Assembly: GCA_045597005.1 (NCBI GenBank)
Contig: JAZODJ010000026.1
Span: forward strand, 60,263 to 124,262
DNA: 64,000 nt
DNA from: Alphaproteobacteria bacterium
GTDB lineage: Bacteria; Pseudomonadota; Alphaproteobacteria; RF32; CAG-239
Direction of reading: 5' to 3'
The stretch's first letter is position 1. The number at the start of each line of letters is the position of its first letter. The notes below the pieces were generated by a model. It saw only the letters and a program-made list of their open reading frames with translations. It did no database searches and was not told where the DNA came from. Position numbers and translations under genes: made by a program. This document shows positions 37,472 to 48,387 of the stretch, piece by piece.

Positions 37472-39262
37472 TTATTTTAGTTGCGCTTGATACAAAGACG
37501 CATAAACAGAATTTTTCTTTTTCAATAATTCATCATGCGACCCCAATTCAACCAATTCACCATAATTAATAACAGCTATCTTATCCGCATTTCTGACTGT
37601 AGACAAGCGATGCGCTATAATAAACACAGTTCTGTCTTTCATCAGATTATCAACGGCTTTCTGAACAACAGCCTCAGATTTATTATCTAATGCCGATGTA
37701 GCTTCATCCAAAATAACAATCGGAGCGTTTTTTAAAAAGGCTCTTGCAATAGCAATTCTTTGTTTTTGCCCACCGGAAAGCAAAGCTCCTCTTTCCCCAA
37801 TCTGCGTATCTAAACCTTTATCAAGACTGGCAATAAACTCATCCAAACAAGCATTTTTAATTGCCGCATTCACTTCTTTTTCTGTGGCATTATGATTTCC
37901 CAACATTATATTATCACGAATCGTACCGGAAAACAAAAAATTATCTTGAAAAACAACTGCAATATTATCCCTGACAGAATCTAGATCCAAATCACGAACA
38001 TCAACACCATCAAATAACAAAGCACCAGATTTTACATCATAAAACCTTGGCAACAAATTTACCATCGTAGTTTTTCCGCCACCAGAATTTCCGACAAAAG
38101 CAACCGTTTCTCCTTTTTTGATTTTCAAATTTATATTTTTCAAAACAGGTTTATCAGCATCATACTCAAAACAAACATCCTTATATTCTATTTCCTTCTT
38201 CACTTTGGACATTTTTTGAGCTTTCTTTTTATTCACAATTTCAGGTTTACTGTCCAATAATTCAAACACTCTTTCCATCGCCATCAAAGCCGTTTGAACA
38301 GCATTATAATTATTACCGATAGCTTTAATCGGAGTATAAAGCATAATTAATGCAGCAATAAACGAAACAAAATTACCGGGAGTTATTGCATCTGTTACAA
38401 TTAAATAACTTCCCAACCAAATAACCGCCGCAATACCTATTGAAACAATAAAGTGCATCATCGGAGACATAATTCCTGTTCGTTGCGTCATTTTGATTCC
38501 AAGCTTAAAACATTGTTTTAGCGTACTGTCAAATTTATGTGCCTGATAATCATACAAATTATATGATGTAACAATTCTATTACCGCTAAAAGTTTCATTA
38601 AAATGAGTAACAACAGCCGCTCCGGAAAAAACTGTCTTATCCATAATCGATTTAATTTTTTTCTTTACCGTTGTTAACGGATATAAAGCCCCAAGCAAAA
38701 CAACAACAGCAACAATAGCCAATTGCCATGAATTGTAGAACAACACCGCAATCAAAGATAATGATGAAAATAATCTGGTTGTAAAAAGTTTCAAATTAGA
38801 AAGTAAACCGTTACAACTGGTATCAACATCTTTACTGAAACGATAAACTATTTCTCCGGAATTACGCTTATCAAAAAAAGAAGCGTCAAATCGCAAAAGC
38901 TTCTTAAACAAATCAGACTTCAATCCCATCGAAACCTTTTGTCCCACCCAGGTATTCAAATAGGTGGCTGAATAATTAAAAATACTTTGAATCAAAGTAA
39001 ACAATATTATTAAAAGAGGAATATATGCCGTATTATAATTGCTATTGCTTTCAATCATAATAACGTCCATATAAGGTTTTAACGCCCATGCAATCACTGC
39101 ATCCATAGCACCGATAGGAATAGTAACCAATATAGCTAAAAGCGCCCGCCCCCAATATGGTTTTACATATTTCCACATTTTGGAATAATTTTTTACCATT
39201 TGACCATTTTTAATATTGTTTCTGATTTTCTTAAACATAAGTTCACCGTTAAAAATTAACAA
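37472..39262 (-). CDS. ABC exporter with fused permease and ATPase, MsbA/lipid-A-exporter-like
   Basis: Six-TM domain followed by Walker A (GNSGGGKTT), LSGGQKQR and Walker B (ILDEATSALD). Confidence 0.8.
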   Translation of the reverse strand: MLIFNGELMFKKIRNNIKNGQMVKNYSKMWKYVKPYWGRALLAILVTIPIGAMDAVIAWALKPYMDVIMIESNSNYNTAYIPLLIILFTLIQSIFNYSATYLNTWVGQKVSMGLKSDLFKKLLRFDASFFDKRNSGEIVYRFSKDVDTSCNGLLSNLKLFTTRLFSSLSLIAVLFYNSWQLAIVAVVVLLGALYPLTTVKKKIKSIMDKTVFSGAAVVTHFNETFSGNRIVTSYNLYDYQAHKFDSTLKQCFKLGIKMTQRTGIMSPMMHFIVSIGIAAVIWLGSYLIVTDAITPGNFVSFIAALIMLYTPIKAIGNNYNAVQTALMAMERVFELLDSKPEIVNKKKAQKMSKVKKEIEYKDVCFEYDADKPVLKNINLKIKKGETVAFVGNSGGGKTTMVNLLPRFYDVKSGALLFDGVDVRDLDLDSVRDNIAVVFQDNFLFSGTIRDNIMLGNHNATEKEVNAAIKNACLDEFIASLDKGLDTQIGERGALLSGGQKQRIAIARAFLKNAPIVILDEATSALDNKSEAVVQKAVDNLMKDRTVFIIAHRLSTVRNADKIAVINYGELVELGSHDELLKKKNSVYASLYQAQLK

Positions 39263-39326
39263 TCAACTCGCAGTTTATGGTAAAAATGTTTCAAATGCAA
39301 ATGCTTTCGAAAAGATATTCCCGAAC

Positions 39327-40709
39327 TTATAAACAAATTTTAAAAATAGTATATTTATCAACACCCGATCTTACAAAAATTTTAGCACCTATAGCCAAAG
39401 CCGTTTTTTTAACAATATTTAACCCTATTCCGATACCGCCTTTTTTACGATCATCTTTTTCATTACATTGATAAAAAGCATCAAAAATATGTTTTTTTGC
39501 ACATTCATTTATTCCTATGCCATCATCAATAACCCAAAAACAATTTTCATCATTACCTATAACTATTTTTGTCTTTGCATATTTAACAGCATTACTCAAC
39601 AAATTACGCACAATACGTTCAAGTAAAAAAGTATCCTGATAAACAATTGTTGTTTTTAACCTGAATATTATATTTTTTTCTGTAGTTTGTTTATACTCAT
39701 CAGCAATCTTTCTCAATAATTCAGCCAAATCAAAATACTGAGGATCAAACATTGTCTCTCCAGAATCAAACTTTGCAAAATCCAACAAATTATTGAGCAT
39801 TGTTGATAAATTTTTACTCAACAACAATATCTTGTCAGCTATTTCAGCATATTTTGAAATCGGTGCCGTCTTTAATCCTTCCGCAAATAAATTTATTGCT
39901 TGCAACGGTTGTCTTATATCATGACCGGCTTGTGCCAAAAAGTAAGTTTTTGCCAAATTAGCCTCTTCAGCTTTTACTTTTGCAGTTGTTAATTCAGCTT
40001 GAATTTTAATTAACTCACTCACATCTTGAAAAACACCGGCAATTTTTTCTTCTCCGTTTTCATAAATAATTCCAGCCATAAAACGACAATATTTTAAGAT
40101 ATTATTTTTACTGACAATTCTTACTTGTCCTTGTATATCATTCTTTTTATTAACCAATTCTTTTATTTTTTGTTTATAGATATACAAATCATCTTTATGT
40201 ATTAATTTGCGAATCAAATTTGAATGATATGATCCTTTATCTTTGTCTATTCCGAATAGCTTATACATCTCATCGGACCAATAAAATTGCTTTTTTATTA
40301 AATCTAACTCCCAATAACCTGTTTTAGATATTTTCTCAACAAATTTTATTCTCTGACTATTTACTTGTAACAAATGCGCTAATTGCCTTTTTTCGGAAAT
40401 ATCATCCAAAACCACCCAAACACTTTTATCTTTCGGATAAACATACACCAGATAAAATCTCTGTTGAAATTTCCAATAGAAATGGTGAGGATGATTATGA
40501 TAAAAAGCAATTTCCATATTTTTTAACAAGACTTCTGCATCATCAAGAGACAGAATATCGCTAATTTTCTTTGCTGTCACAATATTGCTGAACACACAAT
40601 TTGCCTTTTGATTAAAAAACAAAATCATACCGGATTTTGTAAGTTCCAGCATTACAGAATTTGAAATATCAGCAATAGTTTTTGATGTTTTATCTTTAAT
40701 ACAACTCAT
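39327..40709 (-). CDS. Sensor histidine kinase (PAS-HisKA-HATPase). It is cytoplasmic, and no response regulator lies adjacent.
   Basis: HisKA H-box (FLAQAGHDIRQPL) and HATPase_c N/G boxes (VIDDGIGI, GGIGIGL). N-terminal PAS-like repeats. Confidence 0.75.
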   Translation of the reverse strand: MSCIKDKTSKTIADISNSVMLELTKSGMILFFNQKANCVFSNIVTAKKISDILSLDDAEVLLKNMEIAFYHNHPHHFYWKFQQRFYLVYVYPKDKSVWVVLDDISEKRQLAHLLQVNSQRIKFVEKISKTGYWELDLIKKQFYWSDEMYKLFGIDKDKGSYHSNLIRKLIHKDDLYIYKQKIKELVNKKNDIQGQVRIVSKNNILKYCRFMAGIIYENGEEKIAGVFQDVSELIKIQAELTTAKVKAEEANLAKTYFLAQAGHDIRQPLQAINLFAEGLKTAPISKYAEIADKILLLSKNLSTMLNNLLDFAKFDSGETMFDPQYFDLAELLRKIADEYKQTTEKNIIFRLKTTIVYQDTFLLERIVRNLLSNAVKYAKTKIVIGNDENCFWVIDDGIGINECAKKHIFDAFYQCNEKDDRKKGGIGIGLNIVKKTALAIGAKIFVRSGVDKYTIFKICL

Positions 40710-40724
40710 TTACCATCTAATGTC

Positions 40725-41699
40725 TCATATCAGATTAAAATTTTCCAAAATTTTTGTATGACTTGGATACAACGCAAAAAACCATCCGTCATACAAAAAA
40801 CTGTTATCTCTGATATAATCATTAACTGATGCAATTGGTAGAGGTGTTTTAGATAATTTTATATTTATCCATCCGATATTATTCCCATCAATATACAAAT
40901 TTAAGATAAATTTCAATCCGTAAAAAGTCTCTATCTCAAACTGTTTTTCTTTTTTTATCGTCAAACTTTGCTTCTTAAAATTTTCTTCTTTTACAGCTGA
41001 AAAAACATTAAGTCCCGATAACAAATCTTCCAATATAAATGTCGAAACTTTCATCCCTTTTTCATCAAAAAAATCACCATTTTTAACACTTCTACTTATA
41101 TAATTTTCACCTATTTTTATGGTTTCTATAGCCCCTTTTGGAATTGATAATATTGGTTTTAACAACCACCCTTCACTAGTTATTGGTAAATCAAATTGTC
41201 CGTCAATCATCCAAATATCATCCTGCATTGATCTGGCATAAAAATATGTTCCATCTTCATCAGACAATCCGATTATAAGCTCGTCCAACAATTCATCTCC
41301 GACATATGTTCTTATCAGCATTCCCGAACTTTCTTTTTCAACCTCAGGATTAACCAAATATTTTTCTTTAATTAATTTATCATCAAACGGCAATTTAATC
41401 GAATAAACGCTAGTGTTTATAGATGTAAGCAACTTATGAATATATGTAAAATCCGCAAAATATCCGTCTTTATTTTTCACCGTCCAAAAACTATCATTTT
41501 GATTAAGCTCTATAACATCTTCCGCTGTAGTTATAACTATTTTATCCACATTTTCACCATCATCATACGTAGACGCAAAAACCAATTTACCTTGCATCTC
41601 GTTAGATTTTACAATCATCATGGACACTATCGTTACAACGGTAACAACAAAAACAACCGCAACCGCCATAACAACTTTAAATAAATATCTTTTATCCAT
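40725..41699 (-). CDS. DUF4340-like membrane-anchored protein that typically accompanies GldG-type ABC auxiliaries
   Basis: N-terminal TM helix. Position directly downstream of the GldG-like gene, with overlapping ends. Confidence 0.5.
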   Translation of the reverse strand: MDKRYLFKVVMAVAVVFVVTVVTIVSMMIVKSNEMQGKLVFASTYDDGENVDKIVITTAEDVIELNQNDSFWTVKNKDGYFADFTYIHKLLTSINTSVYSIKLPFDDKLIKEKYLVNPEVEKESSGMLIRTYVGDELLDELIIGLSDEDGTYFYARSMQDDIWMIDGQFDLPITSEGWLLKPILSIPKGAIETIKIGENYISRSVKNGDFFDEKGMKVSTFILEDLLSGLNVFSAVKEENFKKQSLTIKKEKQFEIETFYGLKFILNLYIDGNNIGWINIKLSKTPLPIASVNDYIRDNSFLYDGWFFALYPSHTKILENFNLI

Positions 41700-43554
41700 T
41701 TATCAAAATCCTTGTTTTTTGTCTGATTCTTACGCAAAAACACTTATATACTATCCATACCGTCAATATCTCCAACAAGGGTACAATAAATACTATAAAT
41801 ATCCCAAAAAAAGATACCAAAAAATCATACATTTTGCCACTTTGATAAATTAATTTCCTTAATTTCTTTTCTGTTTTTATTTCCTGTCTTGTTAAATTTT
41901 CTATTTTCTTTGCAGCATTTATAGACACCACTTTTTGACCGCTAGTTTTTTCTCTCTGTTCACTTATATCTTTTCTCACATTAATCAATTCATCCGAAGC
42001 ATTTTTTATCCTATCCGCAAAATATCCGTCAACCATTTTCATAATTGAATTAGCAATACTGATATTATTACCGACTTTATATTTATTGATATAATGAGTT
42101 AATTGTGAATTGGTCATATAATCTATCGTATTACGAATAAAATGAATATTATCCGACAAATAAATAAAACCATAGCCGTTTTCATCTTGAATATTCGTTT
42201 TCCACAATCTGTCACTCAACATATCAATATCCGCAACAAGCAACATTTTACCTTCTTTTTTCGACTTTTTCAAAAAAACAGGCATTTTTTTTAAGATATT
42301 TTCATCAAATACTATTGTATGATCAAAAGATGAAGTAAATTTTCCTTCCATTAATAAAACCAACGGATAATTACTATTAGTAACCTGATAATCTTTTATA
42401 AGAGTTTCATAACTTAAATTAGTCAAATCTCTTGCTAACATAACACCACTGGCTAATGATGTCTCGACCAACACCGTTGTCCTTAAATCTTGCTTATTTT
42501 CATATTCAAAAAAACCGCTATGATTCAATAATAAAGTACCAATTCCTTCAGTAATATCATGTTTCTTTATTAAATCACCGGTCAATGTAAGATTAAAAGG
42601 ATACTGAGTTAAGCGACCTTCCAACATAATATTCCGGTTATTCACATTGTCCCCCACCAAAACATTTTCAACATATTCCAAACCATTAGCAGCAAAAAAA
42701 CTTTGCATACCGCTATTATATGAAAAATATTTATTTTTTCCTATAAAACGCTCTTCTGCAAAACTATCCAACATCACAATAACATTTCCACCTCTTAACA
42801 AATATTGTTCAAGAGCATATAATGCCCTTTTGTCTAGCCCCAACGGATAAAAAACTAAAACTACATCAAAACTATCATCAATTATAGGTGTTGTTTCTCT
42901 TAATCCGACAACATTATACCCCAAAACATTCAATTGCTCTACAAAAGGCCAATTATTAAAAGCAATCATTGGATTTGCCGTATTAGTAACCTGAAAAAAA
43001 GGAGACAGCATACCTATTTTTATATTTTCATTTTGTGTCAACACCGACAACATTCTGGTTATATCATCCTCTACAAATCTTTTTCTTTCAAGCAAAAATC
43101 TATCTATTGCTTTTGTCTTACCTTTAGCATTTGAAAAACTCGCCCCCAAATATAAATAATTTTTTCCTTCTGCTGTCTCTAATTCTTTTATTCCTGACTT
43201 TTCTGCTTCAGCTTGAGAATTGGTAAAAGGTTTAACATTAATTGTCATTAAGGATATTTTACCATCAGATTTTCGTACATATTCGGACAACAACTTATGT
43301 AAATATCTTGCATATTGTCCTAGTTCCGATTTCATTCCATATAAATTATCCGAAACATAAAATCTTATTACAATATTTTCTTTATTATTTTTTAACATAT
43401 TCTTCGACACATCGCTTAAGCTATATGTTTTATCCGGTGTTAAATCGACAGTCACACCATCCAACAAAAGAGCTGCCAATATATTAAACATTACTGCCAA
43501 AACAGATATGCTCATAACTAAAATCAACAAAACTTTAATTTTATGGATTTTCAT
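41692..43554 (-). CDS. GldG-like auxiliary component of an ABC-2 transporter (ABC-type uncharacterised transport system)
   Basis: N- and C-terminal TM anchors flanking a large periplasmic domain. Part of an ATPase-permease-GldG gene triad. Confidence 0.6.
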   Translation of the reverse strand: MKIHKIKVLLILVMSISVLAVMFNILAALLLDGVTVDLTPDKTYSLSDVSKNMLKNNKENIVIRFYVSDNLYGMKSELGQYARYLHKLLSEYVRKSDGKISLMTINVKPFTNSQAEAEKSGIKELETAEGKNYLYLGASFSNAKGKTKAIDRFLLERKRFVEDDITRMLSVLTQNENIKIGMLSPFFQVTNTANPMIAFNNWPFVEQLNVLGYNVVGLRETTPIIDDSFDVVLVFYPLGLDKRALYALEQYLLRGGNVIVMLDSFAEERFIGKNKYFSYNSGMQSFFAANGLEYVENVLVGDNVNNRNIMLEGRLTQYPFNLTLTGDLIKKHDITEGIGTLLLNHSGFFEYENKQDLRTTVLVETSLASGVMLARDLTNLSYETLIKDYQVTNSNYPLVLLMEGKFTSSFDHTIVFDENILKKMPVFLKKSKKEGKMLLVADIDMLSDRLWKTNIQDENGYGFIYLSDNIHFIRNTIDYMTNSQLTHYINKYKVGNNISIANSIMKMVDGYFADRIKNASDELINVRKDISEQREKTSGQKVVSINAAKKIENLTRQEIKTEKKLRKLIYQSGKMYDFLVSFFGIFIVFIVPLLEILTVWIVYKCFCVRIRQKTRILING

Positions 43555-43559
43555 ATTGT

Positions 43560-44294
43560 TTAACTCCTCTTGTATTCAACGACAACAACCGTAATCCATA
43601 ATGACGCTATTATTAACAAACAAAAATATATTAACGGTATCAAACCTATTTGCCCCATTATCATATCATTATATTGCTTTCCAAAATCAAAAGCTTCAGC
43701 TATTCTATACAAAAACACTTCCGACGGCAAAAACTTAAACACTAATTGTCCTAATGGAACTGATACCATAATGACACAAGCAATCAATCCGGCAAAAAAA
43801 GCACCTATTACATTATAAAATATTGTTGCTCCCAACAAGCTGATAGCACAAAGCACCCCACTCATAAGAAAAACAACAAAATAATTTATTAAAACCCACA
43901 ATATGTCCGTAGAAGAAAAATATTCCGTAACGAACCAAAACGGTGTCGATAATAATAGCATAATTCCGACAACACTCCAAGTTGCCAAAAATTTTCCGAT
44001 AACAACATCCTGATACCATATAGGTTGTGACAACAAAACTTCTAAAGTATTATGTTTCACCTCATCTGCCCACAATCTCATAGTAAGCGCAGGAATAATC
44101 ATCGCCATAACTCCGGGCTGAAATTTAAAAAACTGATACATATTTATTGTAGGATTCGTAAAAATATCTGTCGTATAAAAAGTAATAGCAAAAACCAAAG
44201 ATGTATATATAAACAACAACAAATAAATCATCTTAGTTTGAAAAAAGAATCTGAAATCCTTACAAAAGCACACGAACATCGTATTATTAACCAT
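43560..44294 (-). CDS. ABC-2 family permease (GldF-like)
   Basis: Six hydrophobic helices. Overlaps the ATPase gene by 8 nt. Confidence 0.65.
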   Translation of the reverse strand: MVNNTMFVCFCKDFRFFFQTKMIYLLLFIYTSLVFAITFYTTDIFTNPTINMYQFFKFQPGVMAMIIPALTMRLWADEVKHNTLEVLLSQPIWYQDVVIGKFLATWSVVGIMLLLSTPFWFVTEYFSSTDILWVLINYFVVFLMSGVLCAISLLGATIFYNVIGAFFAGLIACVIMVSVPLGQLVFKFLPSEVFLYRIAEAFDFGKQYNDMIMGQIGLIPLIYFCLLIIASLWITVVVVEYKRS

Positions 44295-45036
44295 CTTTAT
44301 CTCCGACTGAGTTTCCTATAATAGTATAAAATGATTGTTCTATTCTATCTTTTAATGTAATTCTTTTTAAATCATTCGGTGTTGTATCACACACCAATTT
44401 ACCATCATTAATGACTAAAATTCTGTTTGCCATTGCTTCAACCTCTTCCATAATGTGTGTAGAAATTAAAACAATATTCTTTTTTGCATATTCCACTAAA
44501 AAATCTCGCAGATTTATTTTTTGATTAGGATCCAATCCTTCTGTAGGTTCATCTAAAATCAAAACTTTAGGTTCAGAAATCATTGCTCCGGCAATTGCTA
44601 CTCTCCTTTTATATCCTTTTGACAATATATCACACTTCTTATTTATTACCGATTCTAAATCAAGTTTTTTTATAATATTGACGAACCTCTGTTCAAACAA
44701 CGTTTTCGACATTTTTTTTATATCAAACATAAATTTAATATATTCATAAACGGTCATATCCGGATAAATTCCGCCGGTTTCAGGAACATAGGCAATATTT
44801 TTCAATACATCAACTCTATCATTCGACAAACTTTTTTTACCTTGCAAGATTTCCCCTTCATCAGGCTCATAAAATCCCATAATACAACGCATCAACGTTG
44901 TTTTTCCGGCTCCGTTAGGTCCTACAAGAGCAACCACCTCTCCTTTTTTTAAGCAAAAATTTATATTATGTAAAATACACTTACCACTTAAAAATTTTGT
45001 AATATTTTTTACAACTAACATTTTTTTTCCAAACAT
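44287..45036 (-). CDS. ABC transporter ATP-binding protein (GldA-like)
   Basis: Walker A (GPNGAGKTT), signature LSKGYKRR and Walker B (LILDEPTEGLD). Confidence 0.8.
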   Translation of the reverse strand: MFGKKMLVVKNITKFLSGKCILHNINFCLKKGEVVALVGPNGAGKTTLMRCIMGFYEPDEGEILQGKKSLSNDRVDVLKNIAYVPETGGIYPDMTVYEYIKFMFDIKKMSKTLFEQRFVNIIKKLDLESVINKKCDILSKGYKRRVAIAGAMISEPKVLILDEPTEGLDPNQKINLRDFLVEYAKKNIVLISTHIMEEVEAMANRILVINDGKLVCDTTPNDLKRITLKDRIEQSFYTIIGNSVGDKDG

Positions 45037-45177
45037 AACTTCTGACTTTTGTAATCATACTAACAGATAATTTTAAAATTTTAACAATTATTTTCATTTT
45101 TCAAAATCTTTGATGACAAACAACTAATTTTATTTTATATATATGATAACTTTAATATCGGAAAGAAATCTAAAGAC

Positions 45178-45681
45178 ATGAAAATTATTGAAATATACAG
45201 CAAAGATGAAACAAAAAATTTGAGAATGGGATTAAGTATTATAGCTCTTATTTTATTGATATTTTTTGCTGTATTATACACCAGAAACGACATTTCACAC
45301 AAAGACGGTGGACGCTACTATCAGGTATACGCTCGCTTTAATAGAACCGACGGACTTTTAGTCGGTGATTTGGTTCGTCTTGCCGGAATGGATATCGGTC
45401 GTGTTGTAGATGCAAAACTTGATGATAATTTTAAAGCAATTCTCACCCTTGAAATCAAAGACAGTGTCAAAATACCCGATGATAGTTCTGCAGCCATCGT
45501 CAGTTCCGGAATTATGGGCAATAAATACATTGAAATCGAACCGGGCGGATCAGAAGATTTTATAAATAAAGGTGATGAATTTTCATATACTCAAGATGCA
45601 ATGGTTCTTGAAGAACTTATTGAACGAATTATTGGTATCGGCAAAGCTAAGCGCCAAAACAACAAAGGAGATGATAAATAA
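45178..45681 (+). CDS. mlaD: MlaD/MCE-domain protein (first copy)
   Basis: N-terminal TM plus an MCE domain (...GLLVGDLVRLAGMDIGRV...). Confidence 0.7.
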   Translation: MKIIEIYSKDETKNLRMGLSIIALILLIFFAVLYTRNDISHKDGGRYYQVYARFNRTDGLLVGDLVRLAGMDIGRVVDAKLDDNFKAILTLEIKDSVKIPDDSSAAIVSSGIMGNKYIEIEPGGSEDFINKGDEFSYTQDAMVLEELIERIIGIGKAKRQNNKGDDK

Positions 45682-46148
45682 TGAGTAAAGATTTTTTAAT
45701 ATATAAACGTCCCGTAGAAACAATCATGGGAATTTTAGTTTTGGTTGTTGCAGCTTTATTCTGCTACTTTGCATATAGTGTATCTGATTTACAGGTTGTT
45801 AAAGGCTATAATGTATCTGCCAAATTTTTAAAAGTCGGCGGTCTCAATACCGGTTCTGACGTACGTATCAACGGAATTAAAATCGGAACGGTTGTCAGCC
45901 AAAAACTCAACGACGAAGACTACACTGCAAATGTAGTAATGAGTTTATCACCGGATATAAAACTTCCCTCTGACAGTACAGCATCAATTGTTTCTGACGG
46001 ACTTATGGGAAATAAATTTATCAAAATTGATCCGGGACATTCAAAAGATTTCTTAAAAGATGGCGATGTTGTACAAAATACCAAAGATTTCAAAACTATT
46101 GAAGATTTGGTGGGCGAAGTTATTTTTATGGTTACCGGTGATGAATAA
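45681..46148 (+). CDS. MlaD/MCE-domain protein (second, tandem paralog)
   Basis: Same architecture and motif order as the first copy (VRINGIKIGTV, ...GLMGNKFIKIDPG). Confidence 0.7.
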   Translation: MSKDFLIYKRPVETIMGILVLVVAALFCYFAYSVSDLQVVKGYNVSAKFLKVGGLNTGSDVRINGIKIGTVVSQKLNDEDYTANVVMSLSPDIKLPSDSTASIVSDGLMGNKFIKIDPGHSKDFLKDGDVVQNTKDFKTIEDLVGEVIFMVTGDE

Positions 46149-46890
46149 CAAATTTACAACTGTCCTTCTTACATCCGCACTCTGCTTAGCATATGGTAAG
46201 CTATATGCTTCGGACGTAGTAATGAATACGGCCAGAATGCAAGCTATGGATAAAATAACGGGTAAAGTTAGCGAAATTAATGTACCGGTTAATGGTTTGG
46301 CAAATTTTGGAACATTTTCAATACTTGTCAGAAAGTGTGTTTCAAAATCACCTGAAGAAACTCCTGAAAATACAGCTTTTGTTGATGTAGTAGACAATTA
46401 TACTTCATCTGAACCTATAAATATTTTTAAAGGATGGATGTTTTCTTCAACACCGGCACTAAATGCTGTTGAACATCCTATTTATGATATTTGGTTGCTT
46501 GAATGCTACAATCAAAAGCACGACAGTTCTCGAATCCTTACAACTGAACAACTGGCAATTCGTGATGATATTCCTATGATACGTTCACAAAAAATCGAAC
46601 AAAATATCCATCTGACTATTACAGATAAAAACGAAGAGACTTCATCTGTAACAGAAAATAATATGCCTTCTCAAAATAATAGTGACGAAACAAATTCAAA
46701 CGAAACAGATGTTATAAAACTTAATGTAGACTCAACTTCTGAAATTGATGAAAAAATATCCGACAGCGAGGATTTTGTTTCTGAAGGGGAAGAACAGATT
46801 CCTGAAACTGATAAACTCGAGGTTGCCAATACCGATGCAAACAATAATGAAGATGAGAACAACTACGAAACCATAATAATCACCGAATAA
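46141..46890 (+). CDS. Secreted hypothetical protein with an acidic low-complexity C-terminal tail
   Basis: Signal peptide MNNKFTTVLLTSALCLAYGKLYA. The start overlaps the mlaD-2 stop by 8 nt. The C-terminus is E/D/N-rich. Confidence 0.5.
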   Translation: MNNKFTTVLLTSALCLAYGKLYASDVVMNTARMQAMDKITGKVSEINVPVNGLANFGTFSILVRKCVSKSPEETPENTAFVDVVDNYTSSEPINIFKGWMFSSTPALNAVEHPIYDIWLLECYNQKHDSSRILTTEQLAIRDDIPMIRSQKIEQNIHLTITDKNEETSSVTENNMPSQNNSDETNSNETDVIKLNVDSTSEIDEKISDSEDFVSEGEEQIPETDKLEVANTDANNNEDENNYETIIITE

Positions 46891-46907
46891 CTTTCTATCA
46901 AAAAAAT

Positions 46908-46937
46908 AAACCGCCAAATAACATTGGCGGTTTATTT
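46908..46937. terminator. Bidirectional rho-independent terminator
   Basis: aaaccgccaa-ataacat-ttggcggttt followed by a T-run. Confidence 0.65.
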
Positions 46938-46938
46938 T

Positions 46939-48381
46939 TTATCTCCAAAAACTTCTCGTAAATAACACTAAAACGGTAAGAACTTCCAATCGTCCCAATA
47001 TCATCGTAAAAGCTAAAAGACACTTAACCGAATCAGCCAAACTTCCATAATTTCCCATTGGACCTATCAACGAAGTATTACCGGGACCGGAATTAGTAAT
47101 ACATGCAATCGTTGCACTAAAAGATGTCGCAAAATCAACTCCACTTAAAGCAACCAACAAACTTATAACAGCTACACTAAAAGCATACGCAATAAAAAAC
47201 ACAAATATTGAACTTGCAACATCATGTCCTATTGTTGTTCCGCCGATTTTCAACGGAACTAATCGATTCGGTTCTGTCGTCATAATAAAAGAACGTTTTA
47301 ATTGAGCTGCCACCACTTGCCATCTGAAGATTTTTACACCTCCGGAAGTCGAACCGGTGCAACCTCCCGTCAACGCAAATACAACAAATGCTGTTGCCGC
47401 AAAAGCTCCCCATTCCAACCAATTGGCTGAATTATATCCTGTAGAAGTAACCACTGCCACAATATTAAATGTCGCGTTTCGCAAAGCATCAAATGGTTGA
47501 TAAACATCATTATAAACCAACCAAATGGTCATCACTGTAATATAAACAGCTAAAACTCCAATAAAAGCCGAGACCTGATTAGAACGTAAAGAGTGCATGT
47601 CTTTGGTAACAATTAAACTATGATATAGCGTCAACGGAATTGCCCCCAAAAACATAAATACCGTTATAATCCATTCAATTGTCGGACTATTAAAATATCC
47701 TATTGATGCATTCTTTGTAGAAAAACCGCCCGTAGATGTTGTTGTTAAAGCATGACAAATTGCATCAAACCACCCCATTCCTGCTGATTTCAATGAAATG
47801 ATACAAGTTATCATCAATACCAAATATACAATAATTATTTGTTTAGCAATATAGCTTATCTTAGGCATAAATTTTTCGTTCACATCAGAATTTTCACGCT
47901 GAAAAATCTGCATTCCGCCGATTCCCAAAAAAGGCAACATCGCAATAGCAAAAATAACTATACCGACACCACCCATTCCGCTCAACAAAGCTCTCCACAA
48001 CAAAATAGCTTTAGGCAATTTTTCAACATCTTCATAAATGGACGCTCCCGTCGTCGAAATACCCGAAGCAGCCTCGAATATAGCATCTGGTATCGAAGTT
48101 CCGAAAAAGATAAAGGGAAGAGCCGCCAACACCGCCACCGATGTCCAACTTATAACAGTTAATAAATACGCCTGTCGTATCGTTATTTCTTTGATTTTGC
48201 CACGATTTGCCAAAAACAAAGATAATCCTATAAAAATCGCCACGATAGACGAGTTTATGAAAATTGACCAATTAATACCACTGTAATAAATATCGACTGC
48301 GGCTGGAATCAACATCGCAACTCCTAACACACTGATAAAATAACCGCAAATCATCAAAACCGGTTGCCACATAGGTTGCAA
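46939..48381 (-). CDS. trkH: Trk-type K+ transporter membrane subunit
   Basis: Polytopic protein of about 10 TM helices with TrkH selectivity-filter-like GxG repeats (TTGAS, STGGFS, TSTGYN). Confidence 0.85.
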   Translation of the reverse strand: MQPMWQPVLMICGYFISVLGVAMLIPAAVDIYYSGINWSIFINSSIVAIFIGLSLFLANRGKIKEITIRQAYLLTVISWTSVAVLAALPFIFFGTSIPDAIFEAASGISTTGASIYEDVEKLPKAILLWRALLSGMGGVGIVIFAIAMLPFLGIGGMQIFQRENSDVNEKFMPKISYIAKQIIIVYLVLMITCIISLKSAGMGWFDAICHALTTTSTGGFSTKNASIGYFNSPTIEWIITVFMFLGAIPLTLYHSLIVTKDMHSLRSNQVSAFIGVLAVYITVMTIWLVYNDVYQPFDALRNATFNIVAVVTSTGYNSANWLEWGAFAATAFVVFALTGGCTGSTSGGVKIFRWQVVAAQLKRSFIMTTEPNRLVPLKIGGTTIGHDVASSIFVFFIAYAFSVAVISLLVALSGVDFATSFSATIACITNSGPGNTSLIGPMGNYGSLADSVKCLLAFTMILGRLEVLTVLVLFTRSFWR

Positions 48382-48387
48382 TCCTTT

